Positions 7,384 through 11,507 of a stretch of DNA of 11,507 nucleotides are shown one piece after another. The translations under genes were made by a program, and so were the position numbers. Source of the DNA: a virus (Duplodnaviria > Heunggongvirae > Uroviricota > Caudoviricetes). Each line of letters starts with the position of its first letter. The first letter of the stretch is position 1. The notes beneath the pieces are model-generated. The model saw nothing but the letters and a program-made list of their open reading frames with translations, was not told the DNA's origin and made no database searches. The DNA lies in the IMG/VR virus record IMGVR_UViG_2657245521_000005, positions 1-11,507 of that record; one strand, given 5' to 3'.

Positions 7384-7626
7384 TTAAGCTGCTGAATCTG
7401 CAGACTTTTGGAAAACATCAGGACGCAGTCTTTCTTTTGGGATGCCAGTAACGCTCTCAATGTACTGAGATTGCTTTATTGGCGACCTTTTTTCTCTGTT
7501 GAGCCAGTTCCATACCTGTTGTTGTTTAACTTCCTTCCCGGAACTTGCAGTTAGTTTCCGGGCTAACTCAGACTGGCCACCAGCAGTTTCAATTGCCTCT
7601 GAAAGGGCTAACTGCTCAGGTGTCAT
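7384..7626 (-). CDS. Cro-like HTH regulator (YdaS-type)
   Basis: Preferred start ATG 7626 (MTPEQLALSEAIETAGGQSELARKL...RLRPDVF) with GGAGA SD and 7-nt spacer. The pattern AIExAGGQSxLAR...ERLRPD resembles the YdaS/Cro-like HTH family (recalled). Divergent from the CI-like repressor across an operator-rich spacer. Confidence 0.7.
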   Translation of the reverse strand: MTPEQLALSEAIETAGGQSELARKLTASSGKEVKQQQVWNWLNREKRSPIKQSQYIESVTGIPKERLRPDVFQKSADSAA

Positions 7627-7763
7627 AGTTTTTCTCCTGTGGTTTGAGGTAAAAGTTGTTGGCACCATTGATCATACAACCTAAACAACTTTTACCACAA
7701 CTTTTAGGTGTTGGAAAGCTAAAACATAAAGTTGTAATCTCTCCTAATACAGGGGGTAAAGTT
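7627..7763. promoter_or_regulatory. Immunity switch (OR-like): operator half-site cluster with divergent pR-like and pRM-like promoters
   Basis: The 8-mer AAAGTTGT occurs at 7652, 7728 and 7758, and its reverse complement ACAACTTT at 7685 and 7697, all within 137 bp. Candidate pR (minus): -35 TTGTGG (7700..7695), 18-bp spacer, -10 TATGAT (7676..7671). Candidate pRM (plus): -35 TTGGAA (7711..7716), 18-bp spacer, -10 TAATCT (7735..7740). Confidence 0.55.
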
Positions 7764-8450
7764 GTGAATACACTTGCGGAACGACTAAAAATAGCTAGAG
7801 AGAAGAAAGGCATGAGCCAGGCTCAGTTAGCCGAGCTAATAGGCCTGTCTCAACAATCTGTGGCGAAAATTGAAAATGGAGATACGCTTCAACCTAGAAA
7901 GATCAAAGATATTGCGAAAGCTTTAGATGTATCCCAAAAATGGCTACAGCTCGGAATTGAGGAGAATGGCTCTATTTCTGATTTTGTAGTTGAGGAACTT
8001 GAAGAAGCAAAACTTGATCCTGAAGTATTTGCCAACATACCCGTTCTCGATGTTGAGTTCTCTGCTGGCAATGGATGTGAAGCCGAAATTGTGGAATCAG
8101 TTGTTGATTCGTTCCCTCTTCGTCGTTTCGATCTTAGAAAAGCTGGAGTCAGTCCTGCTAACGCAAGAATCGTAAAGATTTGGGGCAACAGCCTTTTGCC
8201 AGTATTGAATAATGGGGATCATGTCGCGATTGACATGTCACAGTCGAAACCTATCAGAGATGGTGATTTATACGCTGTTAGAGATGGAGTTTTACTTCGA
8301 GTTAAAGTTCTTATCAATCAACCAGATGGTGGTTTGATACTGCGGAGTTTCAACAAAGAAGAGTACCCGGATGAAGTACTCAACTTTGATGAAAGAAGAG
8401 CCAGAATACACGTTATTGGTCGCGTGTTCTGGTCTTCACGTTCATGGTAG
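7764..8450 (+). CDS. CI-like prophage repressor (HTH_XRE N-terminal domain plus LexA-like S24 autopeptidase domain)
   Basis: Preferred start GTG 7764 (GGGGG SD, 7-nt spacer); the ORF-track start at 7656 would lie inside the operator region. HTH: LAERLKIAREKKGMSQAQLAELIGLSQQSVAKIENGD. Candidate Ala-Gly cleavage site in FSAGNG. S24 motifs: WGNSLLP (Ser) and LLRVKVL (Lys). Confidence 0.85.
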   Translation: MNTLAERLKIAREKKGMSQAQLAELIGLSQQSVAKIENGDTLQPRKIKDIAKALDVSQKWLQLGIEENGSISDFVVEELEEAKLDPEVFANIPVLDVEFSAGNGCEAEIVESVVDSFPLRRFDLRKAGVSPANARIVKIWGNSLLPVLNNGDHVAIDMSQSKPIRDGDLYAVRDGVLLRVKVLINQPDGGLILRSFNKEEYPDEVLNFDERRARIHVIGRVFWSSRSW

Positions 8451-9323
8451 AGCGTGAAAAAGCATTTCTTCTGAAATGATTTTTAACTTAGCCCCTTCAT
8501 CATCTCTATATGAGACTGCTTTTTCTATTTTCCTTCCGTGACTGGAGAACTTCCAGTCACGCGAGGAAAGAGTACCAATTACGAGAAAATCAATTCTCTT
8601 TGTGATTCCGCTGGAAATCAGTCCATTATTCTTTTTAATTAGGTCTTCAACATGTGCTCTCTTTCCTGCCAAAAAAACACCCGTTAAGCAAAATGTTTTA
8701 TTTTCAACAGAAACTTCAGCAGTATTATCTAATGGTAATTTAGTAGAAAGCCCATCTACGACGCCGCTTGCAAGGTCACAACCAGTAAAATCTACCAGCG
8801 CCTTGTGTAGATTTTCACTTTCTTCAGTGGTGATGATCCCATCGCTCAGAATCTCTTTTACTAAAGCGTATAGTTCCTTTCCTGGATAATTACTTTTTAG
8901 CGCCCCGTTCTGTGTTAACCACCAGTCCAGGTATCTCACTTCTTCTTCACTTAAGGTTCGATCTGATATTAAACCCTTGCAAAGACCATTCAACAGATGC
9001 AGATCTGACTCACTGGAGAATAAATCCACATCGGGTATATCGAGTATTTGTCTTTGTATATCATTAAGATGCAGTTTTAATTCACCACGCTCATCATCAG
9101 AAACAACACCATCGGCCAGTATTTTAGAAACCCTAACACTTAGACTCTTGATAACACCATTTCTAATGGTTTGGTTGGCTTCAAGTAGCCAAGTATCAAG
9201 ATATAGCACCTCTTCATCCCGCACATGTCCATCGGCAAGAATCCCATCAATAATGCTGATTAAATTTGCAAAAAGCTTATTTCTATTTTGTGTGTAGTTA
9301 AAAACGTAGAGCTTGTCTTCCAT
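8442..9323 (-). CDS. Hypothetical protein with four TerB-like helical repeats and a C-terminal BRCT-like domain; candidate immunity-region accessory (defence or exclusion) gene
   Basis: Preferred start ATG 9323 (MEDKLYVF...) with AGGAGG SD. Four repeats of I-L-[AS]-D-[GR]-x-[VIL]-x-x-[ED]-E at aa 28, 68, 118 and 158 (ILADGHVRDEE, ILADGVVSDDE, LISDRTLSEEE, ILSDGIITTEE). C-terminal KTFCLTGVFLAGKRAHVEDLIKKNNGLISSGITKRIDFLVIG...KIISEEMLFHAL resembles the BRCT domain of NAD-dependent DNA ligase. Markedly AT-rich relative to flanks; 3' end overlaps the repressor stop by 9 bp. Confidence 0.75.
   Translation of the reverse strand: MEDKLYVFNYTQNRNKLFANLISIIDGILADGHVRDEEVLYLDTWLLEANQTIRNGVIKSLSVRVSKILADGVVSDDERGELKLHLNDIQRQILDIPDVDLFSSESDLHLLNGLCKGLISDRTLSEEEVRYLDWWLTQNGALKSNYPGKELYALVKEILSDGIITTEESENLHKALVDFTGCDLASGVVDGLSTKLPLDNTAEVSVENKTFCLTGVFLAGKRAHVEDLIKKNNGLISSGITKRIDFLVIGTLSSRDWKFSSHGRKIEKAVSYRDDEGAKLKIISEEMLFHALP
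8463..8486 (+). terminator. Weak terminator-like hairpin just after the repressor stop
   Basis: CATTTC-ttct-GAAATG followed by ATTTTTAA. The stem is short and AT-rich, and the element lies inside the 3' end of the convergent gene on the other strand. Confidence 0.2.
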
Positions 9324-9375
9324 ACAGCCTCCTTTTTTGAACATCCTTACATTCAGACGCCCCACAATCAAACCA

Positions 9376-9456
9376 CATAAAGTTGTTGACATAACCATTA
9401 TTCACAACTAAATTACACCTTAAAGTTGTTATTACGATTTACAACATTACAACTAG
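9376..9456. promoter_or_regulatory. Second operator cluster (OL-like) with near-consensus rightward promoter (pL-like)
   Basis: Plus-strand -35 TTGACA (9386..9391), 17-bp spacer, -10 TAAATT (9409..9414). AAAGTTGT at 9379 overlaps the -35 and recurs at 9422 near the predicted start site; ACAAC-type half-sites at 9404, 9441 and 9449. Same 8-mer as in the cI/cro spacer. The divergent promoter for the 8442..9323 gene must also lie here. Confidence 0.5.
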
Positions 9457-9559
9457 CCATAAGCAACAGCGAACAGGCAGGACGCCCACGAAGTAGCCGC
9501 CGGTGGCGTATGAATAACCGGATGATTCGCTCAATAAAGTTAGGTAGGGGAATTTCACG

Positions 9560-9772
9560 ATGAATGCAGCACAACGCCGAAGGGCTTATCACAAACACCC
9601 GAAAGTTGGGGACACTGTAATTTTACGAGGCATTCCTCGCCTAGTACTGGGTCCGTGTACGTTCAACAGCCTTACTGGCGAAGAGCGTAGCAAACCTTCG
9701 GTAAGCCGTGTCAGGGTTCAAATGACTGGCGGCTCAACAGCTGCACCACTCGTACGTAATTTAAAGTTTTAG
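9560..9772 (+). CDS. Candidate small N-like protein with N-terminal arginine-rich motif (speculative)
   Basis: First ORF after the pL-like promoter, 70 aa. N-terminus MNAAQRRRAYHKHPK resembles the arginine-rich RNA-binding motif of lambda N (DAQTRRRERRAEKQ, recalled). Upstream CGCTCAATAAA is a weak boxA-like match. SD is poor (GGGG about 10 nt upstream). Could be non-coding. Confidence 0.3.
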   Translation: MNAAQRRRAYHKHPKVGDTVILRGIPRLVLGPCTFNSLTGEERSKPSVSRVRVQMTGGSTAAPLVRNLKF

Positions 9773-10558
9773 CGATAAACAGGTGTCTTCGGGAGGGGTT
9801 ACGGGCTGGAGTGACTACCAGCATCGACAGCTCTATCCGACGAAACGGAACCGTCTAACCCGCGGTTGTCGGTGAAAAGTACCGTAGGGATGCCAGCTAG
9901 TCACTGGCCCCCGCCCGAAGATACCTACCACCGCGCCTGATGTGGTTAAAAGCAGGCCAAAGCAATAACAAGTACTTCCCTGTTCTGGCGGCCCGGTGTT
10001 TTCCCACTTGTCCGGTCACCGCCAGCCTTTTTCAGGGCACAACGACGAGAGCATTGACGAGCAAGGCATAAGTGCTGGTTCGATTCCAGACAGTCCCATT
10101 CTGTTGGGAGGGTTGGGCAGGGAAAAGGTTCGTTCGATTCGAACACCGGCAGTGCTCTCTTCGTTGTGGTGAATGCGCAGGCTGATGCGCTAAACCGTGA
10201 GGGAGTGTCCCGAAAGGGTGCGTCACTGGTAATCAACCCATGCCGGAATATCGTAGTACCGGCCACCACAACCAAATCACGCTTAGGACCGTGATAACCG
10301 TAGTTCCAGTATTGCTGTGTGTAGTCTTGGCGGTACCAGGGTCTTCAACCTTATGCAAGGGGGACGAAGATAATGTTCTACCTCGGTACCGCCCTTTTTA
10401 CGCAACAGAAAAGGGCATCACCGGGCGACGGGCTCATAACCCAATCCACCCTGGCAAAAGACAGCGGTCTCTGCAAGCCGCCGACCAATGCAGGTGTCCT
10501 TCTCTGTTGTGTATGGAGAAAACACGGCGGTGGAAGCCGCCTTAACGAGGGTAAAACC
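9773..10558 (+). other. GC-rich ORF-poor transcribed leader; candidate structured non-coding RNA or decayed gene remnant
   Basis: Hand translation of all three plus frames from 9781 to 10240 gives a stop every 20-65 codons; track ORFs on both strands are short, overlapping and of junk-like composition. Contains GC-clamped hairpins (CUUCGG 9787..9792; CCC-GAAA-GGG 10209..10218), a palindromic GTTCGATTCGAAC (10131..10143) and a G3N1G3N2G3N2G3 motif (10106..10122). Confidence 0.3.
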
Positions 10559-10930
10559 ATGAGTAATGACCGCATGACCGTAGTGCCAGATTTTCTTGGC
10601 GAACTGGATGCCGGCGTGTTCATGAACAAAATCGCGGCAGCACTTAATACCACCGCGCTTGGCGTTCTGAACAATGGCAACAAAGGCAAAGTAGTCCTCA
10701 CCTTTGATTTTGAGCGTATGGGTAATTCCGTTGAAGAGAAGCGCGTGAAGATCAAGCACAAGCTGAACTACAGCACCCCGACACCGCGTGGTAAAGCCTC
10801 CGAAGAGGACACAACCGAAACCCCTATGTGGGTTAACAAAGGCGGGAAGCTCACCATCCTGCAGGAAGACCAGGGCAACTTGTTTACCCTCGGCGGGGAT
10901 CCGGACGGAAAGTTACGCGCGGCGAAATAA
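10559..10930 (+). CDS. Hypothetical protein (123 aa)
   Basis: ATG 10559 with GAGGG SD and 7-nt spacer (MSNDRMTVVPDFLGELDAGVFMNKIAAALN...). The ORF-track start at 10373 adds a Cys/Trp/Gly-rich junk-like extension and is rejected. No family recognised. Confidence 0.55.
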   Translation: MSNDRMTVVPDFLGELDAGVFMNKIAAALNTTALGVLNNGNKGKVVLTFDFERMGNSVEEKRVKIKHKLNYSTPTPRGKASEEDTTETPMWVNKGGKLTILQEDQGNLFTLGGDPDGKLRAAK

Positions 10931-10987
10931 GCCGCGATTGATAGCCCTTAGTTTCAGTTTTTCTACATCTATCTTTAAGGAATTTTT

Positions 10988-11425
10988 ATGTCTCAGTTAG
11001 ACAGCGGTACCTTCAAGCAGGTCAAAGACCTGGTTCTTTCCGGTTATCACCTGAATGATATTCATGGCCTGGCTTGCCCGACCGCATTACTGCCAGAGGG
11101 TACTGGCGTTGAAAGCCTCGAGCGTTTTTCTCTGGAGCGTTTCCGCTTCCGCGGTGCCATGACCACGACCAGCATTGAAGATTTTGCTCGTTATTCAAAA
11201 GGCTATGCCAGCGCCACTGAAAAAGCACGCTGCTTTATTGACGCTGACCATATGACAGCCCGTTCAGTATTCAACATTGGCACACTCGATAACCCCGGTC
11301 ATGCGGACAATGTTGCATCCATCACCCTAAAACAGACCGCACCATTCCGTGCTCTTCTCCAGATCAACGGTGAACGTCTGAAACAAAAACAGATCGCCGA
11401 GTGGCTGGAAGACTGGAGCGATTAA
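10988..11425 (+). CDS. Hypothetical prophage protein (145 aa)
   Basis: ATG 10988 with AGGA SD and 7-nt spacer; coding-like composition (MSQLDSGTFKQVKDLVLSGYHLNDIHGLACPTALLPEGTG...). A vague recollection of DUF2303/YfdQ-like prophage proteins is not strong enough to name it. Confidence 0.6.
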   Translation: MSQLDSGTFKQVKDLVLSGYHLNDIHGLACPTALLPEGTGVESLERFSLERFRFRGAMTTTSIEDFARYSKGYASATEKARCFIDADHMTARSVFNIGTLDNPGHADNVASITLKQTAPFRALLQINGERLKQKQIAEWLEDWSD

Positions 11426-11507
11426 CCGGAAATCAGCATGACAGGATGCGGGACTTTGATCCGGACAGCCCCGAAATAAAATTCAGTGATCGCAGGGCAG
11501 CCCTTGA

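Noticed and set aside
7656-7763. ORF-track start of the repressor at 7656 (264 aa)
   Set aside because: The extension would be translated from within the operator/promoter spacer and overlaps the cro-like start region. The HTH begins just after GTG 7764, which has a well-placed G-rich SD.
10076-10150. tRNA-like T-arm motifs (GGTTCGATTCC at 10078; GTTCG-ATTC-GAAC at 10131)
   Set aside because: No complementary 5' acceptor-stem partner could be found 55-70 nt upstream of either motif, and no D or anticodon arms are evident. The second motif is simply a palindrome. Treated as hairpins within the ORF-free leader, not as tRNA genes or att-site fragments.
10373-10558. Longer 185-aa version of the 10559..10930 gene starting at ATG 10373
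   Set aside because: The extra 62 N-terminal residues are Cys/Trp/Gly-rich and junk-like, whereas ATG 10559 has a better-spaced SD and the product becomes protein-like from there. Cannot be fully excluded without homolog comparison.
9421-10558. rRNA, RNase P, tmRNA, group II intron or retron identity for the GC-rich ORF-free region
   Set aside because: No match by eye to remembered E. coli 23S, RNase P or tmRNA sequences, no group II domain V-like motif, and no adjacent reverse transcriptase ORF. Left as an unclassified candidate structured RNA.
9946-10761. Track ORFs 9946..10275 (-), 10032..10226 (-), 10240..10545 (+), 10378..10761 (-), 10418..10759 (-)
   Set aside because: Mutually overlapping on both strands with no SD-like context and low-complexity Cys/Arg/Pro/Ser-rich translations, as expected for chance ORFs in GC-rich non-coding DNA. 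The last two are antisense to the better-supported 10559..10930 gene.
11374-11507. Alternative frame open to the window end after the 10988..11425 stop, suggesting a possible frameshift-split gene
   Set aside because: The alternative frame is open for only about 45 codons from a stop at 11371..11373, which is easily chance in GC-rich sequence, and I cannot verify that the protein family normally extends further. Worth checking by blastx but not supportable here.

Overview
The window reads as the regulatory and early-gene core of a lambdoid (enterobacterial-type) prophage, with most genes on the minus strand. From high to low coordinates: an immunity switch with a CI-like S24 repressor (7764..8450, +) divergent from a Cro-like HTH gene (7384..7626, -); then a minus-strand early operon with two small unknown genes, a CII-like regulator, a replication initiator with five origin iterons inside its coding sequence, a phage-type N6-adenine methyltransferase with a long extra C-terminal domain, RusA resolvase, a Rha/KilAC antirepressor-like protein, a DUF968/YdfU-like protein with an HNH-like Cys/His cluster, and a Q-like antiterminator. 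Downstream of Q are a putative late promoter, an intrinsic terminator, and an AT-rich cargo gene that runs off the window start. On the other side of the repressor lie an AT-rich gene encoding a four-repeat plus BRCT-domain protein (8442..9323, -) and a second operator cluster with a near-consensus rightward promoter (~9386..9414). That promoter feeds about 1.1 kb of GC-rich, ORF-poor DNA before two plus-strand hypothetical genes. No integrase, lysis, structural, tRNA, rRNA or CRISPR features are seen. The best candidates for something undescribed are the repeat+BRCT gene in the immunity-region accessory slot, the ORF-free GC-rich leader (candidate structured RNA, with a G-quadruplex motif), and the AT-rich gene at the Q-controlled cargo position. 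All family assignments are from reading motifs by eye; no database search was run.
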